This document shows, in pieces, positions 11,137-21,880 of a stretch of 64,000 nucleotides of DNA (positions are counted from its first letter, which is position 1; each line of letters begins with the position of its first letter). The notes beneath the pieces are model-generated. The model worked only from the letters and a program-made list of their open reading frames with translations. It ran no database searches and was not told the origin of the DNA. The stretch is taken from the NCBI GenBank assembly GCA_035250975.1, contig DATFEP010000013.1, positions 1-64,000 on the forward strand, in the 5' to 3' direction. The position numbers and the translations under genes are program-made. The DNA is from Nitrososphaeraceae archaeon. GTDB taxonomy: Archaea; Thermoproteota; Nitrososphaeria; Nitrososphaerales; Nitrososphaeraceae.

Positions 11137-11472
11137 TATGGATATTTCGTTAAGCTGACAGAGCCGGTATGATTATCTATTTATAGCTTATATCCAAAAT
11201 GAAGAGAAAAATAATCACAAAAAATAATTATAGTTAAGGTCTAAATTTGCAACTAAATTAACTTGATTTTTTATTATAGAACATAACAATTACTGATATA
11301 ATTTTCAGGTTTTTTAGCACTTATTTTTTTGATTGATAAAATGTTTGTGACCAAAGAGTGGCAATTGGCAGTTTAATAAAAAAAATTTTGTATTACAATA
11401 AAAATATATTTAATGCATTTAAATTAAAATAAGTTGAAAAGAGTTATATAAATAAATTAGAATACATTAACA

Positions 11473-11790
11473 ATGAAAGGATTAGTCTTCTATATCCGTA
11501 ATACGGATCTTGAATCTATTAAAGAAGTTTTACAAAAAAATAATGTCGAGGGAATATCCTATTTTGAAATAGTAGGACGAGGAAAATTAGAAAGAGGAGA
11601 GGTAGAGAAAATAATAGATGGATATAGATCTGGGAAAAAGTTTGTTCCTGAATTCGTAACGAGAAAAAGAGTAGAAGTCATTGTTCCTGATTCTGAAGCA
11701 GATAAAATATTAGATGAGGTAAAAAAATCTAGTAATATCCATGGCAAGATTTTCATCTATGATGTCACACAATCATATGATTTACCTTAA
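11473..11790 (+). CDS. PII-family nitrogen regulatory protein (divergent)
   Basis: MKGLVFYIR..GISYFEIVGRG..KRVEVIVPD..GKIFIYDV; shortened B-loop and C-terminus. Confidence 0.85.
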   Translation: MKGLVFYIRNTDLESIKEVLQKNNVEGISYFEIVGRGKLERGEVEKIIDGYRSGKKFVPEFVTRKRVEVIVPDSEADKILDEVKKSSNIHGKIFIYDVTQSYDLP

Positions 11791-11827
11791 CTTGATTAAT
11801 CAATCAAAATAGTCTATTTTGGTATAT

Positions 11828-11845
11828 TTAGTCGATGTCGACTAA
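11828..11845. promoter_or_regulatory. 18-bp near-perfect palindrome, motif family copy B
   Basis: TTAGTCGATGTCGACTAA. Confidence 0.5.
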
Positions 11846-12091
11846 TATTTTAGAATAGATATATATGTGCAATAAAAAAACCGAGGTGAAAGCTAATTTA
11901 TTTTTGATGAATTCTGTTGAATTCATTTACATCATCATCATCATCCATAATTATCCATCTCATATGGCATCTTTGTTTTCATCATTTTATTATAATTTGA
12001 GACCAATAGAGAATCAATTAAATACATGAAATAATTGACAGTTAAATAATACTCCCACATTAGCTGATATAAAAAAAATAATTCAATAAAC

Positions 12092-12940
12092 CTACAGAAT
12101 CTGATTAATCTTACTTTGAAGTGTAGTTAACCGGTTCGTTGAAATTCCTGTCTGCCTAGATAATTCATCAAGATTTACATTGAGAAGATTTCTTGCTAAT
12201 AAGAAATTAATTTTTGAGAATGCATCTAACTCATTTTTACTTAAATGTAAAAGAGTTACTGGATAAAGTCCTTGATCTTCAATCATCTTCTCTAATCCAT
12301 TATCTTTCGGATATCGCCACGATAATACATCTTGTCCAACACATTTTGCATATTGAATAGCATCTCCAGAAATCTGTGTGTTGCTAACAAGCATCTCCCG
12401 ATCAAACTCCTCTTTTAGATCAAGAAACCTTGCGTGAGTGTATAGTGTCTCTTTTAGACCCGTAAATATTCCAGCTATGTTATGATACTTGCATTCAATC
12501 ATATATCGGTTATTTGTTGAAGAACGTGCAATTAGATCTATTTCGTGTTCTACACATTGACCTTTAACTTTGGATCTTATAGATTCAATGCTATATCCAT
12601 GTTTTTCAAGAATCTGACCAACAAAGGATTCGAAAATAAAGCCGGTAGGACCAAGTGACATTATTGATTCGCGTAGTCTATATCTATTTTGTATCTTTGG
12701 ATAATGTTGGTCTTTTAGAAATCGAAGTATTTTTTTATATACCTCTTTTGTAGTCATTCCATTATAAGACTGTTCATATACCTTTTGGGCAATTTCTTCA
12801 GCTAAATTTCTGCTGGCACCAGCCCTGATACAGGTGGATATAATCTTATCAAAATCAAATAAAACTGTCCTGCCATCACTTTTAGTTAATTGAACAGATT
12901 CGTCAATTCTCAATTCTTTATTTCCCAAGATATTATACAC
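12092..12940 (-). CDS. ATP-cone domain fused to an Mrr-like PD-(D/E)xK restriction-endonuclease domain
   Basis: KSDGRTVLFDFDKII (ATP cone), GFIFESFVGQIL, EHEIDLIA, MIECKYH. Confidence 0.85.
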   Translation of the reverse strand: MYNILGNKELRIDESVQLTKSDGRTVLFDFDKIISTCIRAGASRNLAEEIAQKVYEQSYNGMTTKEVYKKILRFLKDQHYPKIQNRYRLRESIMSLGPTGFIFESFVGQILEKHGYSIESIRSKVKGQCVEHEIDLIARSSTNNRYMIECKYHNIAGIFTGLKETLYTHARFLDLKEEFDREMLVSNTQISGDAIQYAKCVGQDVLSWRYPKDNGLEKMIEDQGLYPVTLLHLSKNELDAFSKINFLLARNLLNVNLDELSRQTGISTNRLTTLQSKINQIL

Positions 12941-12971
12941 ATACTTTGTGACAGATATATTAAATTTCGAT

Positions 12972-13538
12972 CTACTTGCTAATTATTTGTCCTCTAATCT
13001 CGCCATCAGGATAACTTATTGTATGTACGTTTACATAGGTTTCTCCAGCTTTCATCAGAGAAGCGAGATCTTCTAACTTTTTTCCTTCAAGAGAGCCTTG
13101 TAGATCAGAAGCATGAAAGTTCCCACTTGAGGAGAACTGACTGGATCTTTGAACAGCTGAGATTACATCAATTTTTGGGGCAATGTCCTTAGGCAAAGAT
13201 AATGTACCATCATCACCACCGCTATTATGAGCGTACAAACTGACAAGAACCTCTCCATTTTTTCCACTCGTTCCTTTATGGATATTAATTCCAGTTACTC
13301 TATCAGTGTTCATCACAGTAATCTGGTAAGTAATAGTATTATCCTGCATTTGAATAGAAGCGAGACCAATTCCTTCAGTCGTTACTGGTGGTACTTCTTG
13401 TGCTCCTTGCAGACTTGCAACAAATTTATCCTCCGATGATGAGAAAGCCGAATTTAATTCTCCAAAGGTCAAAAATATCGAGGTAACAAGAACAGATATA
13501 GTTAAAATTAAATTTTTTTGGTACATCGTATATAGCAA
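12972..13538 (-). CDS. Secreted CHRD-domain protein
   Basis: LQGAQEVPPVTT, IHKG..G.NG, YVNVHT..YPDGEIRGQI. Confidence 0.92.
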   Translation of the reverse strand: MLYTMYQKNLILTISVLVTSIFLTFGELNSAFSSSEDKFVASLQGAQEVPPVTTEGIGLASIQMQDNTITYQITVMNTDRVTGINIHKGTSGKNGEVLVSLYAHNSGGDDGTLSLPKDIAPKIDVISAVQRSSQFSSSGNFHASDLQGSLEGKKLEDLASLMKAGETYVNVHTISYPDGEIRGQIISK

Positions 13539-13719
13539 TTGATTAAATACAACATTTATTATAAATAATTTTACAAAATTTTTATAAATAATGTCATATG
13601 GGTTTTACCATAAAACGAATTTTAAATCAATTCCAATAAACCAATGAAATAATAGGTCCAGGCAGATCAACATTCTTTAAAGATTTGTCATAAATTACGT
13701 ATATTGAAAATAGGCCTAT

Positions 13720-14241
13720 TTATTTATACTTGCCTGCTTCTTTCAACCTAGCTCTCATTCTTTCCTCTCCCTCTTCGAATCGAGTTTTATCGCCTTCAGT
13801 TTCTAATAGGAGTTGAGGTACTTCCATGGGTTTACCGTATTTATCAAGTGCAACCATAGTCACAAATGCTTTGCCCGCATGATCTCTAGTATTATAATCA
13901 AGATCTTCTGAATAAATATTTACTTCTATTTCCATAGAAGATCTTTTAACATAATTAATTCTTGCTGAAAGGATGAGAGCATTTCCAATAAATATGGGTT
14001 TGATGAAAGTTATTCTATCCATACTTGCAGTAACAATATTTGATTGGTTGGCGTGTCTTTTAGCGACAATACCAGCAATTAAATCAACATATTTTAGAAT
14101 TACTCCTCCGAAGACGTTTCCCTTAGGATTTGCATCTGTGGGCAACATCATGATAGTGGATTCTGCTTTTGAATCACTAGGGCTCTTTTGAAATTTCATA
14201 TAGTTATTATCCATAAAGAGTAACCTCCAAAGACTCTTCAT
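13720..14241 (-). CDS. Hotdog-fold acyl-CoA thioesterase (YciA-like)
   Basis: PTDANPKGNVFGG..D, VTASMD..F..P..G, MVALD..GKP. Confidence 0.92.
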   Translation of the reverse strand: MKSLWRLLFMDNNYMKFQKSPSDSKAESTIMMLPTDANPKGNVFGGVILKYVDLIAGIVAKRHANQSNIVTASMDRITFIKPIFIGNALILSARINYVKRSSMEIEVNIYSEDLDYNTRDHAGKAFVTMVALDKYGKPMEVPQLLLETEGDKTRFEEGEERMRARLKEAGKYK

Positions 14242-14472
14242 TTATCATAAATATATTCATCATTGTCTTTTTCATTTAAAACTAATCAATACATACCTTA
14301 TGTCATTATCAAAGTATGCAAATAATGTACTAAGAATATCTCTAAGTAATATCATCAAGTAAATTGCATAATTTAGAAAATATATTGAAATTTTATCTAA
14401 TATTTGATTGTTTAATTGAAAGCCTCGTATAATCAGATCATTTAATAATAATTTTGTTGATCTAAATAAACG

Positions 14473-14625
14473 ATGAATGCATTAGATAAAAGTAAGAAAA
14501 AATGCACCTCTTGGTGTGAAGAGTGTGATCAGGTTTTTGACAACATCTTTGATTCAGAGATTCACAGAAACAATAATAATCATAAGGTCAAAATAATAGA
14601 GTTTTGGACGATATCAAGAAGGTAG
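14473..14625 (+). CDS. 50-aa C2H2-like zinc-finger microprotein (not in the ORF track)
   Basis: MNALDKSKKKCTSWCEECDQVFDNIFDSEIHRNNNNHKVKIIEFWTISRR: CxxC-x3-F-x8-H-x5-H. Confidence 0.55.
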   Translation: MNALDKSKKKCTSWCEECDQVFDNIFDSEIHRNNNNHKVKIIEFWTISRR

Positions 14626-14720
14626 GATCATAATATAAAAATAAAATTATAAAGACTAACAAAATGAAAAATAAATAAAGAAATGAAATATAAAAAAAAG
14701 TAAAAAGATCTCTTTAATCT

Positions 14721-15656
14721 TTAGTTTTTGCGAATTCCACTAAACTTCGCATTTAGGATTTCATGTCTACATATCCCTAATATGGAATATGTAACCTCTT
14801 TTAATCTATCTATTGTGTTTCCCAAGATTCTAATAGCTATTCCTGAATCATCAGGCATCACAGAACATCCACCTCTGACCTCTGGATATAGAGAAATTTT
14901 ATCATTTATACTATCATTCAATTTCTCAACATATCTGGATGGTGTAAGGATGTACGTATTGCATAACATATTAAATTCTTCAAGAATTCCAAGGATCTTT
15001 AGATCATTTTTCTTGGGTTGTAACAATGCAGTATCAATAAATCGCAATATACCCTCTTGGTTCTTTCCAATCATTTTTAAATAACAAATATCATAATTAA
15101 AGTATTCACCCATAGCCATACGTCCTGGCACTATTGTTTCAGAATATATCATGGTAGCCTCCTCATGAATATTCAAAGTTACAGATTGATAGAACCTAGA
15201 ATCCCTATAAGGTATGATCTGGTCGGGCACAAATTCAAAATAGCTGTTGGTATCCAAAGTTATATTGACTATCTGAGTTGCATAGTTTTTATCCATTCTA
15301 TAAAGTCTTGTAGCTCCCTGGGTGGTCATATGAGCTAATGCACTATCACCTATCTTGATATCTATTCTATACCTGTCACCTTGGAGAATTCCTCCAGAAG
15401 GAGACATTATATAGATGTATGCCATGGATGGCAGACTTTCTTCAAGGTATAACGCACGTTGAACAAAAAGAGGGACTTTAGAGTACTGTTCCCTTATTAT
15501 TGTTCTATTTAGATTTTGATCCTTTTCAAGGGACAAAATCAATGTTCCAAGCTTTCCTGCTTTACCTACCCCTAGCTGAGTCAAAACTGCTTCATAAGAT
15601 AAAACCTCTCTGGGAATATCCTTTGGGATGAAATAATCTACATCAAGAGGTATCAT
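14721..15656 (-). CDS. ureD: Urease accessory protein UreD
   Basis: SPSGGILQGD, TTQGATRLY, PGR.AMGE.F; operon context. Confidence 0.95.
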   Translation of the reverse strand: MIPLDVDYFIPKDIPREVLSYEAVLTQLGVGKAGKLGTLILSLEKDQNLNRTIIREQYSKVPLFVQRALYLEESLPSMAYIYIMSPSGGILQGDRYRIDIKIGDSALAHMTTQGATRLYRMDKNYATQIVNITLDTNSYFEFVPDQIIPYRDSRFYQSVTLNIHEEATMIYSETIVPGRMAMGEYFNYDICYLKMIGKNQEGILRFIDTALLQPKKNDLKILGILEEFNMLCNTYILTPSRYVEKLNDSINDKISLYPEVRGGCSVMPDDSGIAIRILGNTIDRLKEVTYSILGICRHEILNAKFSGIRKN

Positions 15657-15679
15657 AATAATGTAAACTCTTTCATTAT

Positions 15680-16345
15680 CTAATTGTTTTTCTTTAGGAG
15701 AGTTTTTGGGGGTGCCTCAAACAAAACATCTTTTATAATATGTTCTGCAACTTCTTTCACTCCCTGGCCAGTTTTACAATTAACAAATAGAAATGGTTTA
15801 TTTTTTCTGACGACAATAGCATCATTTTCCATTACTTTAAGATCTGCACCTATAAGTGGAGCAAGATCAATTTTATTAATCACCAAAAGATCACAACTCT
15901 CTATTCCAAGACCACGTTTTCTGGGATATTTATCTCCACTAGAGACATCTATTATATAGATAAAGTAATCAGCCAATGCAGGACTAAACGTTGTTGTTAT
16001 ATTATCACCACCGCTTTCAATGATTATCAAATCAAGATCTTCATTATGTTTGGATTCTATTTCTTCAACCACAGAAATATTCATAGAAGGATCCTCCCTT
16101 ACGGCAGTATGCGGACATCCACCCGTAGCAAGTCCTATTACCAGACTTTCTGGTAGTAACCCTTTTTCAGATGCCAAGTTCTTTCGCATCCGATCAGCAT
16201 CTATTTTCGATACTACATCGTTGGAGACAATTGCGGTCTTATATCCTTTTTGACTTAATAAAGGAACAAATTGTTCAATTAACATTGTTTTTCCTGATCC
16301 AACAGGTCCACCGATACCAACTCGAGGAATTCTTTTAACAGTCAT
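15680..16345 (-). CDS. ureG: Urease accessory GTPase UreG
   Basis: GGPVGSGKT, GGCPHTAVRED, ESGGDN, NKIDLA. Confidence 0.97.
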   Translation of the reverse strand: MTVKRIPRVGIGGPVGSGKTMLIEQFVPLLSQKGYKTAIVSNDVVSKIDADRMRKNLASEKGLLPESLVIGLATGGCPHTAVREDPSMNISVVEEIESKHNEDLDLIIIESGGDNITTTFSPALADYFIYIIDVSSGDKYPRKRGLGIESCDLLVINKIDLAPLIGADLKVMENDAIVVRKNKPFLFVNCKTGQGVKEVAEHIIKDVLFEAPPKTLLKKNN

Positions 16346-16366
16346 AATAAATAAATGATAAATATT

Positions 16367-17131
16367 TTATGTAATAAACATTTTTGAATCCATTCTTTCA
16401 TGTGTAATCTGCAAAATATCAATTCCAGGAGCAAATTGCCACATATGAGAAAAAGGTCTATCAATATTTGTTTTTATAATCTCTATCATCACTGGTTTTA
16501 AAGAATGAATTATTTGTTGTCCTTCAAAATGTTGTAACATTCCCAATCTAAGTGCCGCACCTACTATGCTTACCGTAAATCCGTACAATAAAAGCATACA
16601 AGCCCTTTCTTTTCTTATGTTTAATGCATTTGACGCTACAGCTAATGCAACTGGATAAATACCATGAGCAGTTTTATTCTTTATTGCATTATAATAGGAT
16701 GAAACCAATTTGGCAGGAGTAAGAATATTATCATGAATTAAATTTGCTGCTACATCGTCGGTAATACTTTCATTAACGAAACTTGATACACAACTTAACA
16801 ATTGTGTTCCGGACCTTGTCGAGGCATCCCGTATCTCCTTAACTAACTTCATGGAAAAAAGTAATTTGTCTATATCTATTACACGTTGCAAATCTGAAAT
16901 TTTAGCGAAATGATAAGCGTTAGAAAGTGCTGTACAGTCTGCTGGACCTATTTGGTATTTCAGAGATACGGAAATAAATTCTAAAATTTTTTGTTTATCT
17001 TTTATTTTTCTGTTGTAAAAAAGAGACTCTAATCCACTTGAGGTCGTATACATACCCGTTGGAAAAAAAGAGTCCCCTAATTGCATCATGCTTATTTCTT
17101 CTAACTGAAGATCGATGACATCAATGTTCAT
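16367..17131 (-). CDS. ureF: Urease accessory protein UreF (start corrected to ATG 17131)
   Basis: QLGDSFFPTG..S.GLE, C-terminal HE....KMF; the start overlaps the ureE stop. Confidence 0.93.
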   Translation of the reverse strand: MNIDVIDLQLEEISMMQLGDSFFPTGMYTTSSGLESLFYNRKIKDKQKILEFISVSLKYQIGPADCTALSNAYHFAKISDLQRVIDIDKLLFSMKLVKEIRDASTRSGTQLLSCVSSFVNESITDDVAANLIHDNILTPAKLVSSYYNAIKNKTAHGIYPVALAVASNALNIRKERACMLLLYGFTVSIVGAALRLGMLQHFEGQQIIHSLKPVMIEIIKTNIDRPFSHMWQFAPGIDILQITHERMDSKMFIT

Positions 17132-17636
17132 GAATATGGTGTCCTTCTTCAGGTTCAAAGACCATATAATCAGTTTTAATATCAAGAAATTGACTGAATG
17201 ACGAAAAGAGTTTTGTAACCATTTCAATTTCTGTCTCTGCTTGTAATGGAAAATATACTTGATTTTTTGTAACCTGAATTGGTCTATGTAAATTTCCCAG
17301 TGTATGACCAATTTTTATAGACATTGAAAATATATCTTTGTTATTATTATAATTTTTCAATGTAATTATACCGACATATTCTGGTTCCAATTCAACAATG
17401 ATCATCTTCTCATCATCTGAAAATACAACATCCCCATGTCGAAGTTGTGGATTATGGTCAAAAACAAAAATAACATCAGATCCCTTATCTGTATTCTTTC
17501 TCATTCTGAGCCTTTGGGATTCCAACCTATTGATTTTTACTTTTTCACAGATACCTTTCCTAAGCATTAATTCATATGTTTCTTTTAATTTAGAATCTCT
17601 CGTTAAATTACCAATTATATTATTGATGGTTATCAT
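17121..17636 (-). CDS. ureE: Urease accessory nickel chaperone UreE
   Basis: LRHGDV, IGHTLGNLHRP, His tail FEPEEGHHIHEH. Confidence 0.95.
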   Translation of the reverse strand: MITINNIIGNLTRDSKLKETYELMLRKGICEKVKINRLESQRLRMRKNTDKGSDVIFVFDHNPQLRHGDVVFSDDEKMIIVELEPEYVGIITLKNYNNNKDIFSMSIKIGHTLGNLHRPIQVTKNQVYFPLQAETEIEMVTKLFSSFSQFLDIKTDYMVFEPEEGHHIHEH

Positions 17637-17644
17637 TTTTTTTA

Positions 17645-18037
17645 TTACTCAACCTGTTCCATTGTATTTTCTTGATCCAATACTTTTTTAACTGATTTAC
17701 AAGTCTTAAGATTATTTACTTTTTCAATCATTTCAGACAGATTCTTTGTATAGTCTAGGTATCCATAATTATCAAAATGTGAAGACATCACCAAAGCAAA
17801 CATAAACCCGTTATTACCGAAAAGAATATCAGAACCTAACTCGAATTTCTTCGCAATAACACATTTTGTTACCTTGTGTAACTGATAATCAATATTAAGA
17901 TGAGAAGCAGGATCAATAAAACCTGACATTGACGTTATCTTTCCTCCAGAAATAACTACGTGTCTTATTTTTGTGGGATCTTTGATTATCATCTGTTCAT
18001 TTACATTATCTTCTTCTACACAGTGACGAATTTGCAC
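17645..18037 (-). CDS. Hypothetical protein within the urease operon
   Basis: 130 aa, GTG start, 9-bp and 8-bp gaps to its neighbours. Confidence 0.75.
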   Translation of the reverse strand: MQIRHCVEEDNVNEQMIIKDPTKIRHVVISGGKITSMSGFIDPASHLNIDYQLHKVTKCVIAKKFELGSDILFGNNGFMFALVMSSHFDNYGYLDYTKNLSEMIEKVNNLKTCKSVKKVLDQENTMEQVE

Positions 18038-18046
18038 TTCTCTCTT

Positions 18047-19603
18047 TTACCTCTTTGATTCAGAAACGGCCTGTTGACTTAGGTCTTCGGCAGCAAGATT
18101 TCTATCAATTCTAAGGACAGATTTTGAAATTTCTCCAGCAGCTTCTAGGGCCATTGTTTTAACCAATAAAGGATCGATAACCCCCTTTTCATACATATCC
18201 ACTAGATCACCACTATCTATATCCACACCAATATTTTGTTTTGATGCTTTTGCAGCCATCACTTTTTCTAGACCATTAAAACCAGCATTTGTTAAAATTT
18301 GTCTCATTATGCTTTCAAGCGCTGACGCTACTACCTCAACTCCGACCTGCTCTAGGCCTTTCATCCTCAAACCTTTTAACTTTTCAATAACATGTAATTC
18401 TGCTGCTCCGCCCCCAGCTACAACTCCTTTATTAAGTGCGGCTTCAGCAGCATTAACTCCATCTATTACTGATCTCCACCTCTCAAGAGATGTCTCTTTG
18501 GTAGTTCCTGATACTATTATGGAAACAATATTTTTTTCAGAACCATTTTCAAGGTAAATTAATCCTTCATCTTCATTTTCATGAATGCAGTCAGCATTTC
18601 CAATGATACTGTTCCCTTTAAGATCATCTATCATTCTCACAGGCCTTGTTCCAAGATATCGAGACAGAAATTCAATTTCATCAGAAGAGATCCTGACAGC
18701 AAAGATCTTTTTAGACACTAAAAGATTTTCTACGACCTCATCTATTTCTGGCGACGCTATCAAGAGTGTATTAGCTCCAGTAGACACAATTTCATCAACT
18801 ATCTTTTTAGACTTTGAAAGTCTATCATTTTCCATGGTCATTATTTCTTCATAGCGTTTATTTTCTTTCAACCATGATTCTTTTACAGGTTTTAAATCTA
18901 GTTTTACTATCATTATCTTAGGTTTCTCAATTTTTATCGGCATCTCGGCATCGAGTCTTTTTCTTTCGAACACAACACCGTTGAACACGGTGTCCGAAAC
19001 GTTTGTTTTTCTTATCACTTTAATTGATTTACCAAAATCAAATGTTCCGTTATAAACAGAGTTTTCTCCAATGGCTCTAATGGACTTGATAACCAATATA
19101 GATAATTTTACACCATCTAATTTGGAATTCAGAGATGTTCTTATTACCTGTTCAAGCTCCTGATCACTCAACGATATCTTCTTTGCTTCTTTTTCTAAGA
19201 GTTTGCATGCTTGTTTAACGCCGTTATCTATACCTTCCACGACTTTTGTCGGATGAACACCTAGTTCTTTTACTAGCCTTTTCCCTTCTTTTATCATTTC
19301 AGAAGCCATTACAACTGCAGTGGTTGTACCGTCACCAACTAGCTGTTCTTGTCTTTCTGCAATTTCTACTATCATTCTTGCAACCGGATGTATAGCCCTT
19401 AAAGAGAGTAAAATTGTAACTCCATCATTTGAAACGTGTCGGTTCATCGCCTGATCTATCAAGAGCTTATCGAGACCTTTTGGACCTAAAGTTGTTCTGA
19501 CTGTTTCTGCAACGGCCATTACCGCTTGTGAATTAGATTCAAGAGCATTAAACTCTACGTTTTCTGCAATTGGTCTCCAAACGCCATAATTTGGATTAGA
19601 CAT
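18047..19603 (-). CDS. Divergent thermosome-like (Cpn60/TCP-1 family) chaperonin within the urease operon
   Basis: [43 protein letters not shown]. Confidence 0.93.
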   Translation of the reverse strand: MSNPNYGVWRPIAENVEFNALESNSQAVMAVAETVRTTLGPKGLDKLLIDQAMNRHVSNDGVTILLSLRAIHPVARMIVEIAERQEQLVGDGTTTAVVMASEMIKEGKRLVKELGVHPTKVVEGIDNGVKQACKLLEKEAKKISLSDQELEQVIRTSLNSKLDGVKLSILVIKSIRAIGENSVYNGTFDFGKSIKVIRKTNVSDTVFNGVVFERKRLDAEMPIKIEKPKIMIVKLDLKPVKESWLKENKRYEEIMTMENDRLSKSKKIVDEIVSTGANTLLIASPEIDEVVENLLVSKKIFAVRISSDEIEFLSRYLGTRPVRMIDDLKGNSIIGNADCIHENEDEGLIYLENGSEKNIVSIIVSGTTKETSLERWRSVIDGVNAAEAALNKGVVAGGGAAELHVIEKLKGLRMKGLEQVGVEVVASALESIMRQILTNAGFNGLEKVMAAKASKQNIGVDIDSGDLVDMYEKGVIDPLLVKTMALEAAGEISKSVLRIDRNLAAEDLSQQAVSESKR

Positions 19604-19685
19604 AAAATATTATCCTACTATGAGGTATATATCTCGATAAAAAAGAAAATGAAAATAAAAAATAGGTGTCGGTATAGTTTATCTC

Positions 19686-21413
19686 TTATGCCATGAAGTA
19701 TCTTTGTGCTAGGGATAATTCTTTTGCAGGGTCAACTGTAGCTATCTTTCCGTCCAGTTTTACCTCGTATGTCTCAGGATCTATTGTAATCTCTGGAGTT
19801 TTATCGTTCCAGACCATATCTTTTTTGCCAATGTTCCTGCAATTGTGTACCGGATGTAGAACCTTTTCTAATCCTAGTTTTTCTCTCACTCCAAGGTTTA
19901 CGGCTGACTTTGATGATAAAGTCAAGGACGTTCTTTTTACCGCCTTACCCATAGCACCAAACATTGGTCTATAATAGACAGGTTCAGGCGTTGGGATGGA
20001 TGCATTAGGGTCTCCCATGATTGACCATGCAATGAAGCCACCTTTAAAAATCATTTTTGGCTTGGCTGCAAAGAATGGTGTTTGATACATAACGATATCT
20101 GCATATTTTCCTACTTCTAGAGATCCAAGGACATCGGCTGCACCATGAGTAATAGCAGGATTGATGGTGGTCTTTGCAATATACCTTTTAGCTCTAAGAT
20201 TATCATTGTCTCCTGTTTCTTCTGTCAACCTACCTTTCATTTTTTTCATCTTGTCAGCAGTTTGCCATGCTCTTATTACAACTTCGCCAATTCTTCCCAT
20301 TGCTTGGCTATCTGATGAATACATGCTCAACACACCCTCGTCGTGCAACACATCTTCTGCAGCAATTGTTTCCGCTCTGATTCTTGACTCTGCAAAAGCC
20401 ACATCCTCAGGTACCGCCGGATTCAAGTGGTGACAAAACATCAGCATATCAAGGTGTTCATCAACAGTATTGACAGTATATGGTCTAGTAGGATTAGTTG
20501 ATGAGGGGAGTGCAAATTGCTCACCTGCGATTTTCATAATATCTGGAGCATGTCCACCACCTGCGCCCTCAGTATGATATGTATGAAGTGTCCTACCATC
20601 TATAGCATTAATAGTGTCTTCAACGTAACCACATTCGTTTATTGAATCGGTATGTATAGCTAATTGTGTGTCAGTCATGTCTACCGCCCTAAGGGATGCA
20701 TCTAAAACTGCACCAGTTGTTCCCCAGTCCTCATGATCTTTTAATCCACATGCACCAGCTTCAATTTGTTCTAGCTGTGTAGCAAGTGATGGATGTGAAT
20801 CATTTCCTTTGCCCAAGAAACCCCAATTGACTGGGATATCCTCTACACTCTCCATCATCCTACTAATATTGAAGGACCCTGGTGTGCATGTTGTTGCATT
20901 TGTTCCATCTGCAGGTCCCGTTCCACCACCTATCATAGTAGTGATTCCATTGCTAATTGCATCAACGTACTGTTGTGGAGAGATCATGTGTACGTGGGTA
21001 TCCCAGTGACCAGGAGTACATATTGTATGTTCACCCGCAGTTGCCTCTGTACATGCCGAGACAATCATGTTCGTATTAACATGGTCCATAGTATATGGGT
21101 TGCCTGAATTTCCTATTCCTGCTATCTTTCCATCCTTGATACCAATGTCTGCCTTTACAATCCCCAGCATAGGATCTAAAACTACGGCATTTGTTATGAC
21201 AAAGTCCAATGCACCGTTTGCATTGGTAATACCTGATGCCTGTGCCAGTCCATCTCTTATCGTTTTGCCTCCACCAAAGACACATTCATCTCCTTGGGAG
21301 ATCAAGTCCTTTTCAACTTCAATAAATATGTCAGTATCTCCAAGTCTTATTTTGTCACCTTTTGACGGTCCAAAAAGGTCGGTATATTGTTTTCTAGTTA
21401 ATTTCAAAACCAT
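19686..21413 (-). CDS. ureC: Urease subunit alpha
   Basis: [45 protein letters not shown]. Confidence 0.99.
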   Translation of the reverse strand: MVLKLTRKQYTDLFGPSKGDKIRLGDTDIFIEVEKDLISQGDECVFGGGKTIRDGLAQASGITNANGALDFVITNAVVLDPMLGIVKADIGIKDGKIAGIGNSGNPYTMDHVNTNMIVSACTEATAGEHTICTPGHWDTHVHMISPQQYVDAISNGITTMIGGGTGPADGTNATTCTPGSFNISRMMESVEDIPVNWGFLGKGNDSHPSLATQLEQIEAGACGLKDHEDWGTTGAVLDASLRAVDMTDTQLAIHTDSINECGYVEDTINAIDGRTLHTYHTEGAGGGHAPDIMKIAGEQFALPSSTNPTRPYTVNTVDEHLDMLMFCHHLNPAVPEDVAFAESRIRAETIAAEDVLHDEGVLSMYSSDSQAMGRIGEVVIRAWQTADKMKKMKGRLTEETGDNDNLRAKRYIAKTTINPAITHGAADVLGSLEVGKYADIVMYQTPFFAAKPKMIFKGGFIAWSIMGDPNASIPTPEPVYYRPMFGAMGKAVKRTSLTLSSKSAVNLGVREKLGLEKVLHPVHNCRNIGKKDMVWNDKTPEITIDPETYEVKLDGKIATVDPAKELSLAQRYFMA

Positions 21414-21435
21414 TTTAATTCATACTCCTTGATTT

Positions 21436-21810
21436 TTATTTGCTCATCCCCCGGTACCCAAGTTTCGTCGCTTTTTCCATGGCAGCATCCTTTATGACAG
21501 ACGAATTGAGACCGCCCATAGTCAGACCGTTAAATCCATATACAATTCGTTTACCACCTAATTCGCATAACTCTACTTCTCGTGAATCACCGGGTTCAAA
21601 TCTAATTGAAGTGCCAGCGGGTATGTTCAATCTGTATCCATATGCTTTGTCTCTTGGAAAATCTAAAGCCCTATTTACTTCAAAAAAGTGTGTATGAGAT
21701 CCTATCTGGCATGCCCTATCACCAGTATTCTTTACAGTAATCTTGACAGTTTTATAATTCGGATTACAGATTACAGGCTCCGAAGACAAAATATACTCGC
21801 CTGGAATCAT
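21436..21810 (-). CDS. ureB: Urease subunit beta
   Basis: MIPGE, NTGDR..Q.GSH.HFFEVN, RLNIPAGT..RFEPG. Confidence 0.98.
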   Translation of the reverse strand: MIPGEYILSSEPVICNPNYKTVKITVKNTGDRACQIGSHTHFFEVNRALDFPRDKAYGYRLNIPAGTSIRFEPGDSREVELCELGGKRIVYGFNGLTMGGLNSSVIKDAAMEKATKLGYRGMSK

Positions 21811-21880
21811 TTCGATTTAAAAGCCTCCTTACTTTTCTTTATTCTATTTTTTTCAAAATTTCTAATCATTTTTTTCACTT

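Noticed and set aside
11930-11946. (ATC)n microsatellite as a phase-variation tract
   Set aside because: Only about 5 units and not in a supported gene.
17132-17311. 60-aa N-terminal extension of UreF in the ORF track
   Set aside because: It overlaps ureE; homology begins at ATG 17131.
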